Assembly (NCBI GenBank): GCA_041498295.1
Contig: JBGQIB010000001.1
Location: 2,428 to 66,427 of the forward strand
Length of the DNA: 64,000 nt
From: a bacterium
Lineage (GTDB): Bacteria; Myxococcota_A; UBA9160; SZUA-336
Reading direction: 5' to 3'
Shown here: in pieces, positions 1 to 8,972 of the stretch
Layout: each line of letters opens with the position of its first letter
How positions within the stretch are numbered: position 1 is the first letter of the stretch
Made by a program: the position numbers and the translations under genes
The notes under the pieces: generated by a model
What the model was told of the DNA's origin: nothing
Seen by the model: only the letters and a program-made list of their open reading frames with translations
The model's database searches: none

Positions 1-24
1 CTGGGAAGCGACGATTCGTCGAAG

Positions 25-1695
25 GTGACTGCAAAGCTGAAGGGCGCCGCGGCGAACGACGAGCTCGAGGAGCGCCTCGAGGTCGAGCTCGAATGCAGCG
101 AATGCGGCGCGAACTTCGTCGCGGGCGTTTGGGATCACTCGTTCCGCTGCACCTACTGCGGCTCGGTGCTGGCCTGCACGCGGGCGCTCGGCGAGGAGGT
201 GTTCGCGGTCTCCGACGGTGGCTCGAGCCCCTCCGACGCCCTCGCGCTCGTGATCCGCAACGAGACCGAGGGCTACCGCAACATGCTGGTCGGACGCGCG
301 AAGGGCGAGAACGAGGGCGCGGGCGAGATCTCGGCAGCGGCGATCGATGTGCAGGTCGAGGCGCTGCGCGCGAAGCTCGAACGAGAGCTCGTACTCATCG
401 AGGCCGGCGACTTCCTCGTGCCGTACGAGCTGCACGAGCGCACGGTGTTCCAGGGCATCCTGGGCCGGCGCGGCGCCGCGAAGGAGGCGTTCGTGCAGAG
501 CCTCCGCACCGAGGACGTCCAGCGCCGCTACGACCCCGCGCTCTACAACCTGCGCGACCGCGGCCTGAAGCTGCGCTTCGCGCGGGTCGCGCTGCTGCGA
601 CAAGCACACCTGGCGCGCGTCGGGGAGCGCGCCCTCGAAGCGGTCGGCGGGCGCGCGGAAGACGACGATCCCGCCGACCGCACGCGCGTGCGGGTCGACC
701 CGGAGCTCGAGATCATCGGCCGCCTGGAGGGTGTCTGCGCCGAGCGGCGGCTGCGCGTCTGGAAGCAGATGGGCTTCGCGCGCATTCAGCGCGGCGCCGG
801 GCTCGAGGACCATCTGATCGATCACCAGTTCGGGACGATCGCCGGTCGGCTCGAGCCCGAGGAGACCGAGGTCTACCGCGCGCTCGCGCCGCGCCGGCTC
901 GACGAGGTGCTGACGAAGCCGGTGCTGCGCGCGATCGCGTCCGAGTGCCCGAACTGTGGCGTCGAGCTCCAGCTCTCGCCGCGCGCGAAGCTCGCGTTCT
1001 GCGCGACCTGCGCGACCGCGATTCACGTCTCGGCAGACGGGCTGGCCGCCGTCGACTACGAGCTCGCGGCGACGCCGGAGCGCGACGGAGCCGACGCATT
1101 CATCGGCTATCCATTCTGGGCCTTCCCTGCGCGCATACTCGCCGGCGGCCGCGAGTTCCACCGGCTCTGGGATTGGCTCGAGCAAGTGAGTCCACAGCCC
1201 GCGGCGGTGCGCTACCGCGAGACTGATCCCGCGGAGGCGCGCCTGTTCGTGCCCGCGCGCGAGGTCTTCGGCACGCGCGAGCTCGACGATGCCTTCGCCG
1301 CGCTCGCGGCGGTCGCCACCTGGCGCCAACCCGTCACGCAAGTCACTCGTGCGCAGCCGAGCGACGGCGTGCGCCTGCTCGACGTCGAGCTCGAGCCGGA
1401 GCGAGCGGCGCCACTCGCCAAGTTCGCGCTCGTCGCGCTGCACGATCGCCAGAGCACGCGCGCATTGAACGGGCTGTCGTTCAAGACGTGGGTCGCGGAC
1501 GCGCGGCTCTCGCTCGGCGTGCCCCGCCTCGTCGTGTTGCCGCTGCCGCTGCACGCGGACCAGTGGCTGCCCTTGGGTCGCGCGGCGCAGTTCGATCTGC
1601 GCAATGCACCGGTGTATCCGAGGCCGGTGGCGCGCGGGGTGCTCGAGGACTCGGGCCAGCTTGCGCGGCGCTCGAAGCCGTTCTCGCTCCGCTGA
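25..1695 (+). CDS. Double zinc-ribbon protein (two CxxC...CxxC modules), YdjG-like, first gene of a Zn-ribbon/SPFH operon. GTG start at 25; upstream 24 nt are in-frame with no stop, so the gene may be 5'-partial.
   Basis: ORF track. Motifs CSECGANF...CTYCG (aa 24-46) and CPNCGVEL...CATCATA (aa ~313-333). A GAAGGAG RBS precedes the next gene, so co-operonic with downstream genes. Confidence 0.6.
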   Translation: MTAKLKGAAANDELEERLEVELECSECGANFVAGVWDHSFRCTYCGSVLACTRALGEEVFAVSDGGSSPSDALALVIRNETEGYRNMLVGRAKGENEGAGEISAAAIDVQVEALRAKLERELVLIEAGDFLVPYELHERTVFQGILGRRGAAKEAFVQSLRTEDVQRRYDPALYNLRDRGLKLRFARVALLRQAHLARVGERALEAVGGRAEDDDPADRTRVRVDPELEIIGRLEGVCAERRLRVWKQMGFARIQRGAGLEDHLIDHQFGTIAGRLEPEETEVYRALAPRRLDEVLTKPVLRAIASECPNCGVELQLSPRAKLAFCATCATAIHVSADGLAAVDYELAATPERDGADAFIGYPFWAFPARILAGGREFHRLWDWLEQVSPQPAAVRYRETDPAEARLFVPAREVFGTRELDDAFAALAAVATWRQPVTQVTRAQPSDGVRLLDVELEPERAAPLAKFALVALHDRQSTRALNGLSFKTWVADARLSLGVPRLVVLPLPLHADQWLPLGRAAQFDLRNAPVYPRPVARGVLEDSGQLARRSKPFSLR

Positions 1696-1785
1696 TCCTC
1701 CGCTCAAGCCGCTCGCGCGACCGGCCGAATCGACCAGGGATGCGCGCCTGGCGTTCATGACGCGCGCGGGCGAGAAGGAGCGACG

Positions 1786-2274
1786 ATGGCCAAGCTACGA
1801 GACACGCTGCGCGCGGAGCGCGGCAGCCTCGAACGCCTGATCGCACGCGTGCCGGGCTTCCGCGGCTACCTGGGTCGCGAGCAGCGGCGCGAGGCCGACA
1901 AGCTCCTGCGCGATCACGGCGCAACGCGCCTGGAGCGCGTCGTGCATGACTTGAGCGGCGTGATCGCGAAGGCTTCGCTCGAGCAGATCGGCGAGCTCCA
2001 GGAGCTCGTCACCCAGGTCGAGAAGCTGCGCGCGGAGCTCCGCTTCGCAGACCGCGGTTACTCCGGCTTTTTTGACGAGGTGAAGCTCGACGGCGACGCG
2101 GCGCTCGACGCGGTGTACGCGCAGGACGAGCGCATCGTCCTGCAAGTGGAGGAGGTCGCGGCGCAAGCGGCCGAGGTGGACTTTTCGCCGGCGAAGCTGC
2201 GCGGCAGCGTCAAACGGCTCGGGCTCGCGCTCGCCGATCGGCGCAACGCGATCCTCGGCCTGGGATCGAGGTAG
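1786..2274 (+). CDS. Hypothetical 162-aa coiled-coil-like protein, middle gene of the Zn-ribbon/SPFH operon.
   Basis: ATG at 1786 preceded by GAAGGAG; stop 4 nt before gene 3 start. No recognisable family from sequence. Confidence 0.5.
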   Translation: MAKLRDTLRAERGSLERLIARVPGFRGYLGREQRREADKLLRDHGATRLERVVHDLSGVIAKASLEQIGELQELVTQVEKLRAELRFADRGYSGFFDEVKLDGDAALDAVYAQDERIVLQVEEVAAQAAEVDFSPAKLRGSVKRLGLALADRRNAILGLGSR

Positions 2275-2276
2275 TC

Positions 2277-3314
2277 ATGTCGCAGTTCGTCGAAGTCATC
2301 GAGTGCCTCGACCGTTCAGCCGAGACGCTCGTCTCGCGCTTTCCCGAGCAGGGCTCGGCGGAGATCAAGCTCGGGGCGCAGCTCGTCGTGCGCGACAGCC
2401 AGGCCGCGATCTTCGTGCGCGACGGCCGCGCGCTCGACACCTTTGGCGCGGGCCGACACACGCTCACGACCCTGAACGTGCCGCTCCTCTCGAAGGCGCT
2501 GTCGCTGCCGACCGGGTTCAAGAGCCCCTTCCGCGCCGAGGTGTACTTCCTCAACCTGCGCAGCTTCGTGAACCAGAAGTGGGGCACGATGGAGCCGATC
2601 CTGTTCCGCGACAGCGAGCTCGACATGGTTCGGCTGCGCGCCTTCGGGATCTACGCGTACCGCATTTCGAACCCGCAGGTGTTCCTGCACTCGCTCGTCG
2701 GCACGGTGAGTGAGTTCACGACCGAGGCCGTGGCCGACTTCTTCCGCGGGCTCATCGTGACTCAGACGGCGGACTTTCTCGGCGCGCACCTGCAGAGCGT
2801 GCTCGACCTGGCGCAGCATTACGTCGCGCTCTCGGCCGGCATCCAGGCGAAGGTGCTCGCCGACTTCGAGAAGTACGGCGTGACGATCTCGGACTTCAAG
2901 ATCCTGTCGATCTCGCCGCCGGACCACGTGCAGGAGATGATCGACAAGCGCGGCGGCATGGCGGCCGTCGGCTCGCTCGATTCGTTCGTTCGCTACCAAG
3001 CGGCGAACGCCCTCGAGAAGTCGGCTGCGAGCGGAGCCGGAGGAGGCGGCCTCGCGGCCGCGGGCGTCGGCGCCGGCGCGGGCCTCGGACTCGGCGCGGG
3101 CATGGCGGGCATCGTGAGCCAGGCGCTCGGCGCCAAGACGGCCGCGAGTCACTGTGCCGCCTGCGGCGCGGGCGTCGCGAGCGAGGCGAATTTCTGCTCG
3201 AGCTGCGGTGCGAACCAACGTCCCGCGGCGCTGACCTGCCCGAGCTGCAGTGCGCAGAACGCCTCCGCCTCGCGCTTCTGCTCGAGCTGCGGGACTCCGC
3301 TCAACCCCTCCTGA
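2277..3314 (+). CDS. SPFH/band-7 (stomatin-prohibitin-flotillin) domain protein with C-terminal tandem zinc ribbons (COG4260 / YdjI-like).
   Basis: N-terminal SPFH-like region. Gly/Ala-rich linker. C-terminus CAACGAGVASEANFCSSCG and CPSCSAQNASASRFCSSCG (two CxxC-N10-12-CxxC ribbons). Confidence 0.8.
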   Translation: MSQFVEVIECLDRSAETLVSRFPEQGSAEIKLGAQLVVRDSQAAIFVRDGRALDTFGAGRHTLTTLNVPLLSKALSLPTGFKSPFRAEVYFLNLRSFVNQKWGTMEPILFRDSELDMVRLRAFGIYAYRISNPQVFLHSLVGTVSEFTTEAVADFFRGLIVTQTADFLGAHLQSVLDLAQHYVALSAGIQAKVLADFEKYGVTISDFKILSISPPDHVQEMIDKRGGMAAVGSLDSFVRYQAANALEKSAASGAGGGGLAAAGVGAGAGLGLGAGMAGIVSQALGAKTAASHCAACGAGVASEANFCSSCGANQRPAALTCPSCSAQNASASRFCSSCGTPLNPS

Positions 3315-3327
3315 CGACGGATCGCGA

Positions 3328-4128
3328 CTAACTCGCGAAGAGTTCGGAGAGCGTCGTCAGAGCTCGCGGCATGCGCGGGCCGTACCAGGACAAGAGCTCG
3401 CCTTCCAAGATGTGGATGCGGCCGCTGCGTGCGGCCGGGCAGTCGAGCTCGAGCAGCTCGCGGCGGTCGAACTCTCCGAAGCGGTAGGGCTCCGTCGGGA
3501 GCAGGAGGACGTCCGGCGCGGCGGCTTCGAGAGCGCTCCGCTCGATGCGTGGGTAGCGGGCGCCGCCGGCGACGGCGAACGCGTTCTGCGCGCCCGCGCA
3601 CTCGAGCAAGTCACTCGCGAACGTGTCTCCGCCGACGACCATGAGCGGGTCGCGCCAGACGAGCGCCACCGCGCGCGGTCGCGGTGCCACGCGCTTCGCG
3701 AGCGCCGCGAGGCGTGACTCGACTTCGACGCCGATCGCGTCGGCCTCGCCGGCGCGCGCGACGATGCGCCCGAGCGCGCGCATTTCGCGCACCGCCTCGG
3801 CGACGCCGCGCGCGTAAGTCACGAAGACGCGCAGGCCGGCGGCCTCGAGGCGCTCCACGTCGCGCGCGCGATTCTCTTCCTTGTTCGCGATCACGAGGTC
3901 GGGACGCAGCTCGGCGATCGCCCGTACGTCCGGATTCTTCGTGCCGCCGACGCGCGCCACGCGCACGACCTGCTCCGCGGGGTGTACACAGAACTCGGTC
4001 ACTCCGACGATCGCGTCACCCGCGCCGAGCGCGAACAACGTCTCGGTCCATGAGGGCACCAGCGAGACGATCCGCCGAGGCGGCGACGAGAACTCGTGCT
4101 CGCGTCCCAGCGAGTCGCTTTCGAGCAA
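3328..4128 (-). CDS. BtuF/FecB-like (class III periplasmic-binding-fold) cobalamin/metal-binding protein. No obvious signal peptide.
   Basis: RRIVSLVPSWTETLFALGAGDAIVGVTEFC matches the N-terminal core of BtuF-type binding proteins. 32 nt downstream of the ankyrin gene on the same strand. Confidence 0.65.
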   Translation of the reverse strand: MLESDSLGREHEFSSPPRRIVSLVPSWTETLFALGAGDAIVGVTEFCVHPAEQVVRVARVGGTKNPDVRAIAELRPDLVIANKEENRARDVERLEAAGLRVFVTYARGVAEAVREMRALGRIVARAGEADAIGVEVESRLAALAKRVAPRPRAVALVWRDPLMVVGGDTFASDLLECAGAQNAFAVAGGARYPRIERSALEAAAPDVLLLPTEPYRFGEFDRRELLELDCPAARSGRIHILEGELLSWYGPRMPRALTTLSELFAS

Positions 4129-4160
4129 GGCGTCTCTTTACGGCTCGCCGAGCCGCGGCG

Positions 4161-6833
4161 CTAGTGGCGAAGACCGGTATCGAAGAGCAGGTGCACGATA
4201 TCGGGGTGACCGTGCGAGGTCGCTAGCGTAGCGGCGGACAGGCCGTCGGCGGTGCGCGCGTTCGGGTCTGCGCCGCGCTGCAGGAGCAACTGCACGATGT
4301 CGCTGTGGCCAGCGGCGGACGCGTGCAGCAGCGGGGTCCAGCCTTGATCGTCCCGCGCGTCGGCTTGCGCGCCGGCAGCGAGCAGCGCTCGCAGGTACGA
4401 GGTTTGTCCGTCGCGAGCGGCCTTCGCGAGCGCTTGGTTGTTCTCACGCCGGCGGCGCTCGCGGTCGCCGCCGCCCGGCAGCACCGACGCCATCATCAGC
4501 GCCGTGCGTCCATCCTGTGATTTCACGTTCGGGTCGGCGCCCTTCTCGAGCAGCAGGAGCGCAATCGGGCCATGGCCCGCGGCCGACGCGAGCAACAGCG
4601 GCGTCCAGCCGGCGCGATCGCGCACGTTCGGGTTGGCGCCCTTTTCGAGCAAGACCCGAGCGGCGTCGAGATGGCCCTCGCGCACGGCGCGGATCAGGGA
4701 GTTCTGTCCGTCCTCGGCGCTCGCTTCGAGCTTGGCGCCGGCCGCGAGCAGCGCGAGCAGAGCGCGCACCCGGCCCTTCCACGCGGCGTACATCAGCGCG
4801 GTCTGGCCCGTCGCGGAGCGCGCGTCGACCTCCGCGCCGCCGGCCAGCAGCGCGTTCACGACGATGGTGCGGCCCTTCATCGAGGCAAGCATCAGCGGCG
4901 TTTGGCCGCCGCGGGCGCGGCTGTTCGCGTCGGCGCCCGCCTTCAGCAGGGCGAGCGCGACGTCGGTGTGACCCTCTTGAGAGGCGAGCATGAGCGCGGA
5001 CATGCCCTTGCGATCACGCGCGTTCGGGTCGGCGCCCGCGTGCAGCAGCGAGTCGACGGAGTCGAGCTGACCCATCTGTGCGGCGCGAGTCAGTGCGATG
5101 CGCCCGGGCTCGCCGCGCACCCCGAGGCTCGGGTCGTGCTCGACGAGTAGCTCGACGATGCGCACGTGTCCCTCGCGCGCGGCGCGTGCCAGCGCGCTCT
5201 GCCCGTCGCCGGCGCCGATGCGCGGGTCCGCGCCGCCCTCGAGCAGGATGCGGGTGATCGGCTCGTAGCCGTTCGAGGCAGCGACCTGCAGCGGCGTCGT
5301 GCCGACGTTCGTCCTTGCGTTCACGTCCGCGCCTGCGCGCACGAGCATGCGCACGACGTCGGTGCGACCCTCATTTGCGGCGCGGAACAGCGCTGTCTGG
5401 CCCGCGTTGGTGGTGTCGTCGAGGCTGGCGCCCGCGGCGATCAGCGCGCGAACTGACTCGAGCTCGCCGGCGCGCGCGGCCTCGCCGAGTGCCGACGAAC
5501 CGCTGCGGCTGTGCGCGTCGACGTCGACGCCCTTCTCGACCATCGCGCTCAGCAGCTTCTCGTCACCCTTCTCCGCGGCATCGACGAACAAGTCGTTCGC
5601 GACGCGCAGCTCGGGCAGGAGAAATGCCGGATCGGCGCGCGACAGATCGGCGCCCGCGCGCCGCAGCTCGTCGACGACGTCGCGATGGCCCTCGCGCGCG
5701 GCCACCTCGAGTGGCGTCTCGCCCGACGCGTCGGACGCGTCGATCGACGCACCGCTCTCGAGCAGCTTGCGCACGGTGTCACCGCGCCCCTTTTCGGCGG
5801 CCAACAGCAGGGCGGTCTTTCCCTCGCTGGAGCGCGCGTTCACGTCCGCGCCCTTCAGGAGGAGCGCGGAGATCAACGCGCCCGTCGGCGTGCGCGCGGA
5901 GCCTGCGTCCCCGCCCGCGCCGACGTCGGCAAGAGAGGGCTCGTCGGGGCGCAGGCTCGCGAGCAGGCTCACGACGTCGTCGCGCTTCTCGGCCTTCGCA
6001 TAGTCGAGCGCGCTGCGCCCGGCGGCGTCGACGGCGTCGACCTTCGCACCGTCGGCAAGCAGCGCACCGATGGTGTATGTGCGGCCGGCGGAAGCCGCGT
6101 ACATCAAGGCGGTCTCGCCGTCGCGCGCGCGCGCGTCGGCCGTCGCCCCGGCGCGGATCAGGGCGTCTACGACGCCGGTGCGGCCTTTGATGGCCGCGAG
6201 CATGACGGGCGTCTGTCCGAGCGCCGTGGTCCCGTTCGGATCCGCCTTCTGTTGCAACAGCTCGCGCACGATCGCGAGCCGGCCTTCAGCGGCGGCGAAG
6301 TGAAGCGCGCTCAGGCCCGCGGCGTTGCGCGCTGTGACGCTCGCGCCGGCGTCGAGCAGGAGCTTGACGATCGGCGCGTAACCGCGCGCGCTCGCCTGCA
6401 TGAGCGGCGTGAAGCCCTGTTCGTCCGCGAGATCCACGCGCGCGTGGTGCTTGAGCAAGAGCGCAGCGACTTCGCGGGAGCCCTGTGCGCTCGCGTGCAG
6501 GAGCGCGGTCCAGCCGCTCGTGTCGCGCGCGTCTGCCACGGCGCCGCGCGCCAGAAAGAGATCGACGAGCTCGTCAGATCCGAGCTGCGCGCCGATCGCG
6601 AGCGGTGTCGCACCGTCGGCGGCCGTGCACTCGAGCGACGCGCCCGCGGCGAGCGCTGCGCTCGCCGCGTCGACATCTCGCTCGCGGGTCGCGGCGAGCA
6701 ACCGCGCGTCGTTTCCGTGAGCGCTCTCGACCGCGTCGGCCGAGCTCGTGTGCGGTTTGCGGACACCTTCAGGAGAAACTGTGGCCCCGGTGGCTGCCGC
6801 CAGTAGGAGCGCGGAGGCGAGCAGCCGGCGCAC
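4161..6833 (-). CDS. Secreted ankyrin-repeat protein, 890 aa, ~24 ANK repeats. GTG start with AGAGAGGA RBS.
   Basis: N-terminal signal peptide MRRLLASALLLAAATGATV. Dozens of G-TPL--A---GH--IV--LL--GA repeats. 15 nt downstream of the PEP-CTERM gene. Confidence 0.85.
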   Translation of the reverse strand: MRRLLASALLLAAATGATVSPEGVRKPHTSSADAVESAHGNDARLLAATRERDVDAASAALAAGASLECTAADGATPLAIGAQLGSDELVDLFLARGAVADARDTSGWTALLHASAQGSREVAALLLKHHARVDLADEQGFTPLMQASARGYAPIVKLLLDAGASVTARNAAGLSALHFAAAEGRLAIVRELLQQKADPNGTTALGQTPVMLAAIKGRTGVVDALIRAGATADARARDGETALMYAASAGRTYTIGALLADGAKVDAVDAAGRSALDYAKAEKRDDVVSLLASLRPDEPSLADVGAGGDAGSARTPTGALISALLLKGADVNARSSEGKTALLLAAEKGRGDTVRKLLESGASIDASDASGETPLEVAAREGHRDVVDELRRAGADLSRADPAFLLPELRVANDLFVDAAEKGDEKLLSAMVEKGVDVDAHSRSGSSALGEAARAGELESVRALIAAGASLDDTTNAGQTALFRAANEGRTDVVRMLVRAGADVNARTNVGTTPLQVAASNGYEPITRILLEGGADPRIGAGDGQSALARAAREGHVRIVELLVEHDPSLGVRGEPGRIALTRAAQMGQLDSVDSLLHAGADPNARDRKGMSALMLASQEGHTDVALALLKAGADANSRARGGQTPLMLASMKGRTIVVNALLAGGAEVDARSATGQTALMYAAWKGRVRALLALLAAGAKLEASAEDGQNSLIRAVREGHLDAARVLLEKGANPNVRDRAGWTPLLLASAAGHGPIALLLLEKGADPNVKSQDGRTALMMASVLPGGGDRERRRRENNQALAKAARDGQTSYLRALLAAGAQADARDDQGWTPLLHASAAGHSDIVQLLLQRGADPNARTADGLSAATLATSHGHPDIVHLLFDTGLRH

Positions 6834-6848
6834 GGTGATCCTCTCTTT

Positions 6849-7598
6849 TTAGGTATTTCGAACGCGCCGCCCGCTGAGCACAGCGAGCGCCGAGAAGCCG
6901 AGGAGCCATGCAATCGCGGGCTCTGGTACGGCGACGATGTTCGAAACACTCACGATGAAATCGTTGAAGCCGCCGTCGTTGCCGGTCTCGAAGGCGAGGA
7001 GATATTGATTCGTGAGAAACAGGCCGGGTGACTGGCCCGGGAACTTCAAGGTCGTCGTGCCGTTCCCTGCGAACACCTTGACCCGAACCTCGCCGCCGTT
7101 GAGGTCCGCTTCGGTGAACAGATACACAGGCGAGTCACTGTGCGCCGACGCGACCTTGGCGAAGAAGCCGAACGGGCCGTCGAAGCCCGACGCCTTCGCC
7201 TTCGGCGTGAGACCGCCGCGAATCGTGATCGAGCCGTCGTCGCTGAAGCTCACGCTCGCGACATCGTCCGGCGACATGCTGTCGGAGAGCAGGAACGCGT
7301 GGTTCCCCGAATCGTCGGCGGGGTACATGCCGAACCAGAGCGCGTCGGACCGCCCCGTGTAGTCGACCACGACGTTGGCGCTCATCGGCCCCGAGGCATT
7401 GTCCCAGAGGTCGATGTTGGCCGGCGCGCCGGCGTCGATCGCCGGGCCCGACACGACGAGGCCGTCGAGAATTTGCTGCAGGCTCGGAGCGGCCGGGGTC
7501 GGCTTGGGACACCGCGCTGGCTTGGTAATCAGATGTGCGCCCGCGGTTTGGGCGAACAGCACGAGACACACGAGTGCCGGGAGAACCCGCTTGATCAT
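6849..7598 (-). CDS. PEP-CTERM sorting-domain surface protein.
   Basis: Signal peptide MIKRVLPALVCLVLFAQTAGA. C-terminal VPEPAIAWLLGFSALAVLSGRRVRNT (PEP motif + TM + basic tail). Start trimmed to the internal ATG at residue 38 of the ORF. Confidence 0.75.
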   Translation of the reverse strand: MIKRVLPALVCLVLFAQTAGAHLITKPARCPKPTPAAPSLQQILDGLVVSGPAIDAGAPANIDLWDNASGPMSANVVVDYTGRSDALWFGMYPADDSGNHAFLLSDSMSPDDVASVSFSDDGSITIRGGLTPKAKASGFDGPFGFFAKVASAHSDSPVYLFTEADLNGGEVRVKVFAGNGTTTLKFPGQSPGLFLTNQYLLAFETGNDGGFNDFIVSVSNIVAVPEPAIAWLLGFSALAVLSGRRVRNT

Positions 7599-7645
7599 CG
7601 ATATTCGGCCCTGCCGGTCTCGAGTTCCTGACCGGTCTGTCAGCG

Positions 7646-7680
7646 TGGGGCATTCTAAGTGACGTGGGTGATGCCCCACA
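7646..7680. promoter_or_regulatory. Perfect 9-bp inverted repeat GTGGGGCAT-N17-ATGCCCCAC in the Nif3 / PEP-CTERM intergenic region. Candidate operator or RNA hairpin.
   Basis: Seen directly: gtggggcattctaagtgacgtgggtgatgccccac, about 50-80 nt upstream of the PEP-CTERM start codon. Confidence 0.3.
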
Positions 7681-7778
7681 AGCCATAAGTACCCACCGTT
7701 GTACCACAATTACGTTGCTTTCCGAGCCATTCCGTGACGCAAGACATGCGCATCGAGCTGCGAAGGTCGGGTACCACG

Positions 7779-8894
7779 TCAGGTTCTCCGGCTCCACGGA
7801 TCGGCGTCGAGATCGAGCAAGCCGGCGGTCTCGAGACCCTGCGCCGCAATCAGCGCGAGCAGCCGCTCGACCCCGGGCCGCTCCGTCGCGGCGTGGCCGG
7901 CATCGATCGACGCCAGGCCCGCGTCGAGCGCGCGGCGGGTCGCGTGATGCCGCAGATCGCCGGTGACGAAAACATCGGCTCCGGCTTCACGCGCCGCTCG
8001 GGCGAAGTCCTCGCCTGCGCCGGGAAGCACCGCGACGCGCCGAACCCGCTGCCCGGGATCGCCCGCGACCCGAGGCACGGGGCCCTGTAGCGCATCCGCG
8101 ACTCGATCCGAGAGCTCCGCGAGGGAGACTTCGCCCTCGATCCGTCCGATTAGCCCGGCTGGGCGCGCTTCGCCGCGCCGCTCGAACAGATCGAAAGCCG
8201 GTTCCTCGTACGGGTGCGCGCCGACGAGCGCGCGAACCGCCTCGGCCTCACGCGCGGGCGACACCAGAAACTCGAGCCGCACCTCGGGTTCGACCGACAG
8301 CTCGCCGCGCTTGCCCGCGCGCGGGGCGGCGCCTTCGCCCGCGAAGAACGTGCCCGTGCCCTCCGCGCGGAACGAGCAGTGCGTGTAGTTGCCGATGCGC
8401 GCGGCGCCGGCCCCGGCGACCGCGTCGAGCACCGCGTCGGCTGCAGCGCGCGGCACGAATGTGACGAGCTTCTTCGACGCCGCGCCGTAGAGCGGACCGA
8501 AACCCTCGACGTCGGCGAGCTGGAGCGCATCCGCGAGCGCGTCGGCCGTGCCTCCTGGGGCAACGTCGAAATTCGTGTGCACGACGCCGAGCGCGATTCC
8601 GGCGCGCATCAGGCGGAGCGCACGGCCTTCGGGCGTCCGCCCGGCAACGAGGCGCTGGGTCGGCTGAAACAGCAACGGGTGATACGCGACCAACAGATCG
8701 ACCGGATCCGACTCGAGCGCCGCGACGACGGCCTCCGTCACTTCGTGACAGACCGCGATCTTCCGCGCCGGCGCACTCGAATCACCGAGCACGAGCCCGA
8801 CCGGGTCCCACGCGGCGGCGCGTTCGAAGGGCGCGCGCGCGGCGAGCGCCGCAAGAATGTCCGAGATCGCACGAGCTCGACTCACGCGCGCCAT
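7779..8894 (-). CDS. Nif3-like dinuclear-metal-centre protein (YqfO / GTP cyclohydrolase 1 type 2 family).
   Basis: Length 371 aa. Typical N- and C-terminal Nif3 halves with an inserted PII-like domain (HTNFDVAPGGTADALA ... VTGDLRHH). Confidence 0.85.
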   Translation of the reverse strand: MARVSRARAISDILAALAARAPFERAAAWDPVGLVLGDSSAPARKIAVCHEVTEAVVAALESDPVDLLVAYHPLLFQPTQRLVAGRTPEGRALRLMRAGIALGVVHTNFDVAPGGTADALADALQLADVEGFGPLYGAASKKLVTFVPRAAADAVLDAVAGAGAARIGNYTHCSFRAEGTGTFFAGEGAAPRAGKRGELSVEPEVRLEFLVSPAREAEAVRALVGAHPYEEPAFDLFERRGEARPAGLIGRIEGEVSLAELSDRVADALQGPVPRVAGDPGQRVRRVAVLPGAGEDFARAAREAGADVFVTGDLRHHATRRALDAGLASIDAGHAATERPGVERLLALIAAQGLETAGLLDLDADPWSRRT

Positions 8895-8972
8895 GCTATC
8901 GCGCGGCTCCGAACCACTCGTGACGCAGCCGTGAGGACGCTGTGAAGAAACCGCTTCGAGGCGGCGTGGACG

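Noticed and set aside
93-1226. 377-aa Arg/Ala-rich ORF on the plus strand overlapping gene 1 in another frame. Similar Arg-rich shadow ORFs occur at 3684-4226, 5315-6190, 16269-16592, 17069-18166, 18182-18691, 19876-21273, 21140-21943, 45145-45777, 53218-54111 and elsewhere.
   Set aside because: These are the typical high-GC alternative-frame artefact (poly-Arg/Ala/Pro, no domain signal). Each is fully covered by a well-supported gene in another frame.
4438-6806. Several plus-strand ORFs (4438-4971, 4572-5150, 5299-6003, 5511-6806) antisense to the ankyrin-repeat gene.
   Set aside because: The minus-strand 890-aa ankyrin ORF is continuous with strong repeat structure and a signal peptide. 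The antisense ORFs are low-complexity Ser/Ala/Arg translations.
7660-7700. Sigma-54-like TGGCTTGTGGGGCAT element upstream of the PEP-CTERM gene.
   Set aside because: The GG to GC spacing is one nt shorter than the -24/-12 consensus and the element lies ~90 nt from the start codon. It is reported only as part of the palindrome observation.
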